Below, in pieces: positions 35,325-43,752 of a stretch of 50,610 bases of DNA. A model generated the notes under the pieces. It saw only the letters and a program-made list of their open reading frames with translations. It did not search any database and had not been told where the DNA came from. The position numbers and the translations under genes are program-made. Where the stretch lies: positions 1 through 50,610 of IMG/VR virus record IMGVR_UViG_3300020045_005352; one strand, written 5' to 3'. The stretch comes from a virus. Lineage: Duplodnaviria > Caudoviricetes. Each line of letters opens with the position of its first letter. The stretch's first letter is position 1.

Positions 35325-36805
35325 ACTCCTTTCCCAATACCCATGTTATTCAGGTAGTAATCCACCCTTGTTAATTCCCACGGATCGGCTGTGTTACTTG
35401 ATGAAGAAAGCCTGTATTGATAGATATTCTGAGTGACAGGAATGTCTACTGAGTGCTTGATTTGAGTAAGTGAATTTGATTCAACCAAGTTTATACGAGA
35501 TTTTGTAACTGAGAATACTGAGTTAAAATCAAGGCGTTCTTGGTAAACCAATGTCCCTGAAGATGTGGGAGTGAAGTACATATCTATCTTTTGGCTTTTA
35601 TTAACAGCCCCTGGGAGTCTATTGAATAAGAATGGGGAGTCATAAACGTCATTGATAGGTACTTTGATGTCAGTATTTCCTGAGTTAAGTACATGGATAC
35701 GCCCCGAGCGGTCACAAGCCATGAGGTAACTACGACCGCCTGATTGAGCCATAGCCATGGATTGAAATAGTTGGTTAGAATAGGGGTACATGGCTAGGGT
35801 GCGACCATTTAGGACTAAGGCATGGGTTGTTTCTGTGGAGCCAACGCCTATGGCTAAATTAAGGCGGTATTCCTGTTCATTGCGGTCTACTTCAGCATTG
35901 GAGACTATGAGTCCTGAGCCAGCATAAGAAATCTTCTCCATGGCAAATTCACAGAGGCTATTATCATTTTCTACGTTGTCTGAACCAATTAAATCATCAG
36001 AACCGTCGAATATTCTTAAACGGCGTGACCAATCCAAACCGACTACTACTTCACCGTCCTTTAAGGTTATCTTCTTCACGGTACGTGGTACATAACCCCA
36101 GTCCTTAATTTCAAGGTAGGACCAGTCTGGATTACCGCCTACGAAGGTTACACGATAAAGGCGGTAGCGTGTGGAGACATAGAGACGTTTACTAAGGATG
36201 AATGCACAAGTTATCTCATCATCCGCAGAAGAGGGTATCTCAAAGAAATCAGGCCAATCAGAGGTTAATTGAAGAGACTCATCGGCGTAGAAGAAGCCGC
36301 GAGGGCGTGTGGCACTATTGAGTAGAATTAAGAATCCTTGATAATTGATACAGTATTTGGTGGCTGGAGCTGAACCTGGGGCTAGGGATAAAGCGAATGT
36401 TGAACCTGAACCAGCCCAATAGAGAGGTTGGTCATAAGCGTCAGAGGTACAGATTAAAACGTTCTTTGAGCGTTCTAGGTATTGATAGCTTTGAGTCCTT
36501 GTGGTCATTATGGAAGCGAAAGTTATGCCAAGATTTGTAGAGGCGGATATTCCTGTGCCATGAGCGACTACGAGCCACCGCAAGTTAGTAGCCCCAAAAT
36601 CAAACATAGCCCAGCCAGCGGTACCTGCCAAGGCGACTGTATTCATGGTTGATGAGCCTAAACGCTTCTGTATAGAATCATCAAAAGTCCACTTGACGTT
36701 CATACAGTTTGAAGAATCATCTCTGCTACTATCCAAAATGTCGGAGCCAGTGTAGAGACCCTTTTTAAAACTGTCCTGCGTTATAGGTTGTACGCTGCGT
36801 ATCAT
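35321..36805 (-). CDS. Tail nozzle / DNA stabilization protein (tail tubular B, P22 gp10-like)
   Basis: 494 aa beta-rich; NCMNV..IQKRLG N-terminus; follows the adaptor gene. Confidence 0.75.
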   Translation of the reverse strand: MIRSVQPITQDSFKKGLYTGSDILDSSRDDSSNCMNVKWTFDDSIQKRLGSSTMNTVALAGTAGWAMFDFGATNLRWLVVAHGTGISASTNLGITFASIMTTRTQSYQYLERSKNVLICTSDAYDQPLYWAGSGSTFALSLAPGSAPATKYCINYQGFLILLNSATRPRGFFYADESLQLTSDWPDFFEIPSSADDEITCAFILSKRLYVSTRYRLYRVTFVGGNPDWSYLEIKDWGYVPRTVKKITLKDGEVVVGLDWSRRLRIFDGSDDLIGSDNVENDNSLCEFAMEKISYAGSGLIVSNAEVDRNEQEYRLNLAIGVGSTETTHALVLNGRTLAMYPYSNQLFQSMAMAQSGGRSYLMACDRSGRIHVLNSGNTDIKVPINDVYDSPFLFNRLPGAVNKSQKIDMYFTPTSSGTLVYQERLDFNSVFSVTKSRINLVESNSLTQIKHSVDIPVTQNIYQYRLSSSSNTADPWELTRVDYYLNNMGIGKGV

Positions 36806-37914
36806 CTGCGATAGTTGTAATCATCCGTTATCATTGAAATTTCTTGTGAGTAAGTGCGAGTTTTGTAGATTCGCTTACCGTCACTCAAGACTTCGGCAAG
36901 CTGGATTTTGTATGATTCTAAAGCCGGATCGTCCTTATCCGCCGCAAGTTGCAAGAGTGTTCCATAGAGAAGTGCAGGGTGCATACGGGTTGGAATGTCA
37001 GGCATGGAACATATAGTATAACCTGTTGTACCTACGCCTGAGACTCCAAAGGCTACTGATAAAGTAAGGCTAGAGTTGTGGGTAATACTTTGGATTCGGT
37101 ACCACTCGGAATCTGCACCTGTTCCAAGAACGTCTATACGGAGATAGTCACCTGTCTTGGCTTCGGTGAAGAAGGTTGTGCCTGCGCTTCCTACGACTGC
37201 CGTGGCTAGAGAGTTAATAGTTACAAAACCAGAGGTAGTCTCACGCATTGGGACAAGTCTTTTGATGTAGTCGTAAGGCAGAGATATTGTGGACTTAGGA
37301 GGCGGATTGAATTCTACCAGAGTACGCCCATTGGTATCGGTTCCGAATTGCCTACACATTGTGGGTAAGTCTTGTGGGGTGGCACTATAGTCTCGGTTAA
37401 ACTCTTGAGGAGATTTCTCTGGTATCTGTGTGGGTCTATTGCCTACGAATTTAGTGACCCCTTGGTCTTTAAGAAAGCGGTCGAAGTCTGTTGCTAAAGG
37501 ATAATAAGGGGCAAATATATCATAACCAACACTCGTGACATTTTGAGTGCCAGAGAAGGGTGGATTTATGCTCAAAGAGTTTGCAGCTACATAAGTTACG
37601 TCATAGACATAATCGTTGCCATCTATGCGGAGTTTTCGGCCTGTGAAGTCTGCGGTTAAGGCTACATCTGAGGAGAATACTACGGTTGTGCCACCAGTCA
37701 CCCCTGTGACTGTGCCTGTGTTGTAGCGTGGAGTAAGGGTCAAGGCTGAGGAAACCATGAGGAATGACCAGTCCTCTTTGCGAGGGAGTTCTCTCACGTA
37801 AACATCATTGACTATGCCACGAACCTTTTTTTCTACATCTGCCGACTCACGGGCAAGTTCTGAGGCTCGTTCGACTATTTCGGTAAAGGGTATCTCGCTT
37901 ATATTTTTTGCCAT
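36802..37914 (-). CDS. Head-tail adaptor (tail tubular A-like) with inserted beta domains
   Basis: Helical N-terminus ..DWSFL, YPLATDFDR, PDIP..H.ALLYG C-terminus; two GTVT-type inserts. Confidence 0.75.
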   Translation of the reverse strand: MAKNISEIPFTEIVERASELARESADVEKKVRGIVNDVYVRELPRKEDWSFLMVSSALTLTPRYNTGTVTGVTGGTTVVFSSDVALTADFTGRKLRIDGNDYVYDVTYVAANSLSINPPFSGTQNVTSVGYDIFAPYYPLATDFDRFLKDQGVTKFVGNRPTQIPEKSPQEFNRDYSATPQDLPTMCRQFGTDTNGRTLVEFNPPPKSTISLPYDYIKRLVPMRETTSGFVTINSLATAVVGSAGTTFFTEAKTGDYLRIDVLGTGADSEWYRIQSITHNSSLTLSVAFGVSGVGTTGYTICSMPDIPTRMHPALLYGTLLQLAADKDDPALESYKIQLAEVLSDGKRIYKTRTYSQEISMITDDYNYRR

Positions 37915-38193
37915 TTACGCCTCAACTGTGTAACTCTTAAAAGTGCCATTTGGTGTGTGTTCCTCATAAATCTTATAGTTAGTCTGATTACTTTTAAAAA
38001 TAGCCTCAATATCATCATAGGTGCGTTTAATCTCACTTGGATCAGTTACTCCACCAATAGTCACTTTGAATCCTATGTACTCAGTACCGAACGGGGAAGT
38101 AAGTCTCCCCTGCTCGATACGAGTGTTGGCGACTAACTTTAATAAAGAGACAAGCTGTTCAAGCCGCTTTAACGCTGTCTCTATTTGTTTTTT
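37915..38193 (-). CDS. Start-less open frame of 92 codons; candidate -1 frameshift extension of the holin-like gene
   Basis: Open from the A_AAA_AAC heptamer to TAA 37915, which abuts the next ATG; first GTG is about halfway in. Confidence 0.6.
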   Translation of the reverse strand, partial: KKQIETALKRLEQLVSLLKLVANTRIEQGRLTSPFGTEYIGFKVTIGGVTDPSEIKRTYDDIEAIFKSNQTNYKIYEEHTPNGTFKSYTVEA

Positions 38194-38375
38194 GAGATGC
38201 CTAGTCTAATAAACGCAGGGATAATATCCTGCAAAATTTGTTTACCTAAGTCCCAAATAGCGGTACTTGTGAAGTCTGCTTTCTGTAAGAAAGCCCCCAA
38301 AGCAATAAAAACAAGCCCTGTGACTGCCAAGTATGTTTTCTTACCGCTTAACCATGCTGATAGCGCACCCATCAC
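38181..38375 (-). CDS. Holin-like small membrane protein
   Basis: WLSGKKTY followed by a TM segment and ..FIRLGISK; Met-Met start after GGAGG. Confidence 0.7.
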   Translation of the reverse strand: MMGALSAWLSGKKTYLAVTGLVFIALGAFLQKADFTSTAIWDLGKQILQDIIPAFIRLGISKNK

Positions 38376-38381
38376 TACCTC

Positions 38382-38582
38382 CTATTTTAAGAACTTCATT
38401 ATGAACTCAACGAACACGACTATGCCTATACCCCCATAGACTATTTTTCTATGGAATTCTAGGTCTCTTTCCACTTTTGCGAAACGAGAGTCATCCTTTT
38501 TATCATGAACATCTGTCCATTCACGGATATGTTTAACATCTCCGCTTATTCCGATTAGAAGGTCGTGGTCGCTTGAACTCAT
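38382..38582 (-). CDS. Small membrane protein (coiled coil plus C-terminal TM; XhlA/holin-like)
   Basis: HDLLI..DVKHI..HDKKDDSRF, then a TM helix. Confidence 0.6.
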   Translation of the reverse strand: MSSSDHDLLIGISGDVKHIREWTDVHDKKDDSRFAKVERDLEFHRKIVYGGIGIVVFVEFIMKFLK

Positions 38583-38608
38583 CTCTCGCCTTTCATTACT
38601 GTCCAAAG

Positions 38609-38869
38609 TCAAATAACACTCCAAAGCATTTTTACATCTTCAGGTTTAAGATTATAGTCTCTATTATCTAGGCAATCCTTTCTTATAACTTCAAATAATT
38701 TTGTTGGAAAATCATTTAATAAATTCTTTACCTCTATAACACTATTTAGTTCATAGATTCCTACATAGCCATCGGGATTTCTATAGAGAACATTAAAGTT
38801 TACCCTAACCAAGTTATTCTTAATGTCACACGATTCAACAGAGTTAAAACTGAGTAAAATAGCCTTCAT
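38609..38869 (-). CDS. Hypothetical protein, possible tail-fibre accessory
   Basis: ATGA overlap with the upstream fibre-like gene. Confidence 0.55.
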   Translation of the reverse strand: MKAILLSFNSVESCDIKNNLVRVNFNVLYRNPDGYVGIYELNSVIEVKNLLNDFPTKLFEVIRKDCLDNRDYNLKPEDVKMLWSVI

Positions 38870-39963
38870 GCTGAAGTTTTAATCAAAAATTCTGCAAAGT
38901 TAGCAATCAAGACGCTTCCTCCTGTTTCTACAGATACTGGCATACCATCACTAAATGGTCTTACCACTTGGACACCTGCGCCGGGAACAGTGTTGCTTGA
39001 ATTTCCCATAAAGATAGGATAGATAGAGTTGGATGGAATACCTTTAATTGTTGAGGCAGCTGTGCCTGTGTGAATACCGAACCAGTAAAGAGTATTTGAA
39101 GAAAGAACTTGGCTTGTAAAAAAGTCTGTTATAAAACCAGTAGAGCCTGCCATTATTCCACTCGTAGCAATACTCTCAAAAGGGTAGGTAACCGCATCTC
39201 CTGAATTAGTATAGATCCCTAATCTTAAAAGAGCACCAGCGGCAGTGGAGGCAAAAAATACTCCTACTTGACTCATTCTAAAGCTGGTAATAACAGCCAA
39301 TGGAATAAATATCATAGAATCTGCACCAATTGTAATGTTGGCATTTGAAGCAGAACATTGCCTTCCTGGGATAACTCTACGCTCAAATTGGCTCCCTAAA
39401 TTCTGGCTTCCTATTAAAAGATAGTATGGAAGATATTTTTCAACAGAAGAAGCCCCACCGCCTCCAGTAATTGCGTTTATGAAAAGATTTGAGCCTGTGA
39501 TGTGGGTTGTGACACTTGAGCCGGGTCTTATGTAAACAGCGTTGGTATACTCAGCATTAAAGGAACTAAGCACATAAACAGCGTCTTTTCCTGCAAGACC
39601 AGCGGAACCAGCAAAAGTGCTTGTTACCGCATTAATGAACATATTGCTTCCGGTTATATGGGTCGTCACGGAAGAACCTGGACGGATGTAGACTGCATTC
39701 GTATATTCAGCATTGAAGGAGCTTAAAACATATACAGCGTCCTTACCAGCTAACCCACTAGAAGAAGCTCCAACACTTGTTGTGGCATTTAAGTAATAAT
39801 TACTTCCTGTAATGTGGTGGGTCATGCTTGAGCCTGGAACAATTACAAGAGAGTTTGGGAGAACCGATTCAGTCGAAGTGGTTAGGTAGTAAAGCCCTGT
39901 GCCAGCTAGACCACCTGAGGCTGAAGAAACACTGCCACCACCAGCGGGGGGATAGTATGGCAT
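38866..39963 (-). CDS. Tail fibre/spike-like protein with internal repeats
   Basis: S/T/G-rich; three ~52-aa repeats, then a C-terminal beta domain (LRLGIY..YWFG). Confidence 0.7.
   Translation of the reverse strand: MPYYPPAGGGSVSSASGGLAGTGLYYLTTSTESVLPNSLVIVPGSSMTHHITGSNYYLNATTSVGASSSGLAGKDAVYVLSSFNAEYTNAVYIRPGSSVTTHITGSNMFINAVTSTFAGSAGLAGKDAVYVLSSFNAEYTNAVYIRPGSSVTTHITGSNLFINAITGGGGASSVEKYLPYYLLIGSQNLGSQFERRVIPGRQCSASNANITIGADSMIFIPLAVITSFRMSQVGVFFASTAAGALLRLGIYTNSGDAVTYPFESIATSGIMAGSTGFITDFFTSQVLSSNTLYWFGIHTGTAASTIKGIPSNSIYPIFMGNSSNTVPGAGVQVVRPFSDGMPVSVETGGSVLIANFAEFLIKTSA
39472..39756 (-). repeat. Protein-level tandem repeat, 156-nt period
   Basis: 39756-39628 and 39600-39472 encode 42/43 identical residues. 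Confidence 0.95.
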
Positions 39964-40679
39964 TATGTGCCCTCCGTTATCTGAGCATTCCCGTCAGCAG
40001 TTCCCCAGACACCAGTGATAACACCTGTATAAGCTGGGGCTGGGAGTTCATAATAACCGCTCGAAACCATCATAAGAGTAAAGTCACTCACCTTTGCTCC
40101 AGAACCAAGTTTTAAGAATAATGGATTGGCTGAAAAGTTATAGGCAGCGAATGTACGTCTAACAGCATTTGCGGCAGCAAGTACAACGGTTCCTATTGTG
40201 GAAACGATTATTTTTGAGGAGGTGGCGGCAAAACTTGAATCAATAGCGTTGACAACCCAGCCAGCACTATTGACTATGCTTGTTGAACCGACACGAACAC
40301 CTAGTTCGCCTGCGGCATTAACATTTGCGCCTCTTTCATTTAAAGCCGCATCTCGGATGTTTACAAAGAGTCCTCTTAATGCGTCAATGCGTAGTATACC
40401 AAGGTTACTATCAAATACTGTGCTGTTTGTGTCTAGACGTTCTCCCATAATAGGAACGCCTTTAGAAACACCTGCTGAATAAGCTGTTATATCAACCGCA
40501 GAAACTGTGTTACTTTGAGCGATTATCCAGCCTGCTGAATTTATGATATTTGTGGTAATCCCAGCAGTGTTAGAGACTGCTACAACCCAACCAGCGGAGT
40601 TGACTATAGAAGTAGAACTAGCACCAGCACCTTGATTAACTACCCATACTTGAGTGGCATCACTACGAGTTTTAATCAT
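39963..40679 (-). CDS. Virion structural protein with three I(V/I)NSAGW motifs
   Basis: Motif occurs three times; C-terminal N..RR..N......LFLKLG beta domain. Confidence 0.65.
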   Translation of the reverse strand: MIKTRSDATQVWVVNQGAGASSTSIVNSAGWVVAVSNTAGITTNIINSAGWIIAQSNTVSAVDITAYSAGVSKGVPIMGERLDTNSTVFDSNLGILRIDALRGLFVNIRDAALNERGANVNAAGELGVRVGSTSIVNSAGWVVNAIDSSFAATSSKIIVSTIGTVVLAAANAVRRTFAAYNFSANPLFLKLGSGAKVSDFTLMMVSSGYYELPAPAYTGVITGVWGTADGNAQITEGT

Positions 40680-41161
40680 TTCTTTTTCCCATTGAGACGA
40701 GCTATTGAGTCAAAGGTTGCGTCTTCATAGATTTTCTTCTTTAAGGCTTCAATGTTTCCTGTCATTACAGGGAGGAGTAAATCCCATGTCTTTGAGACAC
40801 CCAAACTGAAGGCTTCTGTCCATACGGCGGTTGGTGAGGCTTTAGCCTCCAATAGCTTGATTTGAGCCTTAAGGTCGTTGTCTGCTTTTAATAGTTCAAA
40901 TTTCCTCTCTGCTACACGAACCTCTAATTCCTCAATTTCAGCTTGTCTTATGCTTAACTTTGCAGAACGCATTTCTATTTCTAATTCTTTAGCTGAGAGA
41001 GAAGCTTTACTTGCTTCTATTGCTTGTCTATCCTGTTCCAAGTGTTCCTCAAGATCTGCTTTCAATTCTTTTTCTCTTGCAGAGTATTCACGGCAAATGT
41101 CATCCTGCCGCTTCTCCCACCATTCTTGCTTCCACTTCTCTTGAAGTTTCTTAAACATCAC
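40676..41161 (-). CDS. Coiled-coil protein
   Basis: Long E/K/L heptad region. Confidence 0.7.
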   Translation of the reverse strand: MMFKKLQEKWKQEWWEKRQDDICREYSAREKELKADLEEHLEQDRQAIEASKASLSAKELEIEMRSAKLSIRQAEIEELEVRVAERKFELLKADNDLKAQIKLLEAKASPTAVWTEAFSLGVSKTWDLLLPVMTGNIEALKKKIYEDATFDSIARLNGKKK

Positions 41162-41454
41162 TCCTCCACGCCGAAGTAGATTTTGAAGGTGTCATCTAGG
41201 CTGGCGTTAGTGATATTGAACACATAGCGTCCTGACATTGGGATAGATGTAACATCATTAAACTCACCTGTATTGAGTCCGTAGTCCATGACGTTGAGAG
41301 AGCTGGCGTCAGTTAGATTGGCTCTGAATACAGTGGTTGATGTTGCCGCTTGGACTATCACTTGGCGACACACACCCCCAGGGATATTCAAGCTGGTTGA
41401 GCTTGTTGCCCCTGAAGCTGTTGTTACGGTTGCTCTAAATTGATATACCGTCAT
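41158..41454 (-). CDS. Small beta-rich virion protein
   Basis: S/T-rich; coupled within the structural operon. Confidence 0.65.
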   Translation of the reverse strand: MTVYQFRATVTTASGATSSTSLNIPGGVCRQVIVQAATSTTVFRANLTDASSLNVMDYGLNTGEFNDVTSIPMSGRYVFNITNASLDDTFKIYFGVEE

Positions 41455-41801
41455 GCTAAGTAAATGTACGCTGTGCCAGCCACCAATGTCGGAACCTTCA
41501 AGTCACTCGCTCTGTATCCTAATGGGAAACTCACAGACACAGGATTTACAGATTGAACGACACCTGCGCCACCTGTTCCAACTAAAATGCCAGTTACAAA
41601 TGAATTTGAGGTGAACACTACATCTGTGGATGTGTTTAACTGCGTAAGAATCACAGAACCAAGTGTGCTTATTGAGACAAAACTTATCGTCTGAATCTTG
41701 AAATCATCCAGGTGGATTACCTGATTGGCTGAAGTAAGAACAAACGCATTTCCCATGGCACTATCCACGATAACCACATTACCCACTAATCTATTCATCA
41801 A
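41451..41801 (-). CDS. Small beta-rich virion protein
   Basis: GGAGG RBS; coupled. Confidence 0.65.
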   Translation of the reverse strand: MMNRLVGNVVIVDSAMGNAFVLTSANQVIHLDDFKIQTISFVSISTLGSVILTQLNTSTDVVFTSNSFVTGILVGTGGAGVVQSVNPVSVSFPLGYRASDLKVPTLVAGTAYIYLA

Positions 41802-42349
41802 ATACCTCCGTTTTGGACACGAGAGGTCTCATGCCATAAGTTGTCTGTTCCTGAAAACATAGCGTTGAAAATTGAGCCTGAGTTCATAATGAATTGTTGT
41901 CCTGCGATTAAAGCTAATCCATTTCCATCATCCAAAGTGATGTTACTGCCTACACATTGAATACTCATTATTTGCTGACCACGACCCGCAGAAACTTGTG
42001 GATTGGCTGAGATGTTTACTGCGGTATTAGAGCCTGTGACGTAGATAGTTGAGGCTTGAGAAGCTGTGATGCCGCCTGCCGCAGTTACATACTGAATGGT
42101 TATATCGTGACCAGAGGGGACTGTGGTCGTAAGAGAGTTAGCCCTAGGAGACCCTGATATATCCGCCCCACCCAACGATTTGGTTGAGGGAGGCGGAGTA
42201 TCAAATTCATCAGGAGCTATGGTTAGACCTCTCTGGGTGATAGATGTCCACTTCTTATGGAAAGTAGTCCCATCGAAGCGAAAGTTATCAAACCCAGATT
42301 GGTCGCTGGTTTCCTTTAACCATGTAGTATTCTTACGGTTTCTCGCCAT
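41798..42349 (-). CDS. Putative virion protein
   Basis: SDQSGF N-terminus; beta domain ending WHETSR. Confidence 0.65.
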   Translation of the reverse strand: MARNRKNTTWLKETSDQSGFDNFRFDGTTFHKKWTSITQRGLTIAPDEFDTPPPSTKSLGGADISGSPRANSLTTTVPSGHDITIQYVTAAGGITASQASTIYVTGSNTAVNISANPQVSAGRGQQIMSIQCVGSNITLDDGNGLALIAGQQFIMNSGSIFNAMFSGTDNLWHETSRVQNGGI

Positions 42350-42358
42350 AAAAAACTA

Positions 42359-43060
42359 TTAGATTATGCCAATAATTGAGGCACCTGTGCTAGGTCCGAT
42401 AAATAACCACCGACTAGCGGACGTTTTAATAAACTGTATGGCGGCATTCGTGGATATTTCAAATGCGTTTGTGCCTACAAATACTAAGTTTCCACCAGTC
42501 ATTAATTGAACAGTGATACCGCCTGTATTAAGAGCTGTTGGTGAAGCAAACGTAACTGTTTGACCAATATAGCCGCCACTGATAGCTTTGATCTGTTGAG
42601 CACCAGACACACCTTGAAATAAGACTACTTTTGTCCCATTGTCGATAGTTACTCCACCAGCAGTACCGAGGAGAACTGCCACGAAGTCACTACGGCTAGG
42701 AACACCACCACCCACTTCAAACCAATTTCCCCTAGAGTGCATGAGGTCGGTAAAAGCGTTAGCAGATGCTAATTGGCTGCTTCCCTGAAGGAATATGGAG
42801 CCAGCGTTTGCAATTGTGGTGCTAGAGTTCAAACTGAAAACTCTTATAACTTTGCCTTCATAATTGACTAGGTTGTTGGCTGTGTTATCTAAGATGAAGT
42901 TCGTGATGTTTACAGCACCCGTGTTATTGACGTAGAACAATTCTCCGTTTGTAACGTTTGGAGTTGTCTGACCTGAAATATCTCCGGCAGTTGTGCCTCT
43001 GTAATTAAACTGATTGACGAAACCTAGTGCCGAGCCATACGGCGTTCTTGAGGGATACAT
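42359..43060 (-). CDS. Putative capsid-associated protein with two related beta domains
   Basis: ITNF..G..I..GSIFL..WFE and IKAISGG..GQ..GGNL..W halves; strong RBS. Confidence 0.65.
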   Translation of the reverse strand: MYPSRTPYGSALGFVNQFNYRGTTAGDISGQTTPNVTNGELFYVNNTGAVNITNFILDNTANNLVNYEGKVIRVFSLNSSTTIANAGSIFLQGSSQLASANAFTDLMHSRGNWFEVGGGVPSRSDFVAVLLGTAGGVTIDNGTKVVLFQGVSGAQQIKAISGGYIGQTVTFASPTALNTGGITVQLMTGGNLVFVGTNAFEISTNAAIQFIKTSASRWLFIGPSTGASIIGII

Positions 43061-43077
43061 TTGATTCTCCTTTTTAT

Positions 43078-43119
43078 TACCATGCCCCTGGGAGTTTTAA
43101 GCCCCCAGGGGGTGTGGTA
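43078..43119 (-). terminator. Strong GC hairpin after the capsid/LAGLIDADG genes (attenuator or mRNA stabiliser)
   Basis: CCCCTGGG/CCCAGGGG core with TACCA/TGGTA extension; no U-tract on the coding strand. Confidence 0.5.
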
Positions 43120-43122
43120 GGT

Positions 43123-43725
43123 CTAATGACCGTTTATATCTTTCCAAGCAGGAATTCCTAATGAAATCCTGTGGTTAGAACGAGTGTAGTGAACTATTTT
43201 CTTACACTTTACAGAACAGTAAATCTTCTTTGAAGAATCTTTTGAAGTACGCTCAAACTTCTTACCACATTGAGCACAGTCAAAAAACCCTAGTGAAATA
43301 ACCTCTTCCTTGAAACTATAACGTACCTTCTTAAGTTTCTTTAATCTTTGGTAACAAGATTCGTAGAATTTAAGAAGTTCATCAGAAACAGGAGCTGAAG
43401 CATTATTAAACTGCCTTTCTAGGAAATCTAATAACACTTCAGCTTGTTCCTTTTTCACCACTAGGAATGGTACTATTTGTGGCAAACAGTTGCGTATTTC
43501 ATTTGTTGATAAACTAAGGCTATAGCAACCACGGCCCTTTCCCTGCTCTACTATTTTCCCGCCAATGATACTTTTTAAAAACTGCAACATCGGCACATGA
43601 GTATTAGCAATAGCAAGAAAACCACGATATCCTAGATACTTATTTCCTTTCCTAGGATATTTGCCAACAACCAAAGTTCCTTCACCATCAATCAAACCTG
43701 CAACGTAAGCTAAGTTAGTTTCCAT
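43123..43725 (-). CDS. Free-standing LAGLIDADG homing endonuclease with C-terminal zinc finger
   Basis: LAYVAGLIDGEG, PFLVVKKEQA, CAQCG..YCSVKC. Confidence 0.93.
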   Translation of the reverse strand: METNLAYVAGLIDGEGTLVVGKYPRKGNKYLGYRGFLAIANTHVPMLQFLKSIIGGKIVEQGKGRGCYSLSLSTNEIRNCLPQIVPFLVVKKEQAEVLLDFLERQFNNASAPVSDELLKFYESCYQRLKKLKKVRYSFKEEVISLGFFDCAQCGKKFERTSKDSSKKIYCSVKCKKIVHYTRSNHRISLGIPAWKDINGH

Positions 43726-43726
43726 A

Positions 43727-43750
43727 AGCCACCTCCTAGTGGCTATTATA
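43727..43750 (-). promoter_or_regulatory. RBS-sequestering hairpin preceded by a TATAAT box
   Basis: Coding strand reads TATAAT-AGCCAC-TAGGAG-GTGGCT-T-ATG. Confidence 0.65.
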
Positions 43751-43752
43751 CA

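Noticed and set aside
39472-39756. Repeat pair as a diversity-generating retroelement TR/VR
   Set aside because: Differences are synonymous and not adenine-specific, both copies are in frame in one gene, and no reverse transcriptase is present.
43061-43752. Group I intron or intein carrying the LAGLIDADG gene in the capsid gene
   Set aside because: The capsid gene ends normally with a stop, flanks of about 27 and 62 nt are too short for a ribozyme core, and the ORF has its own RBS.
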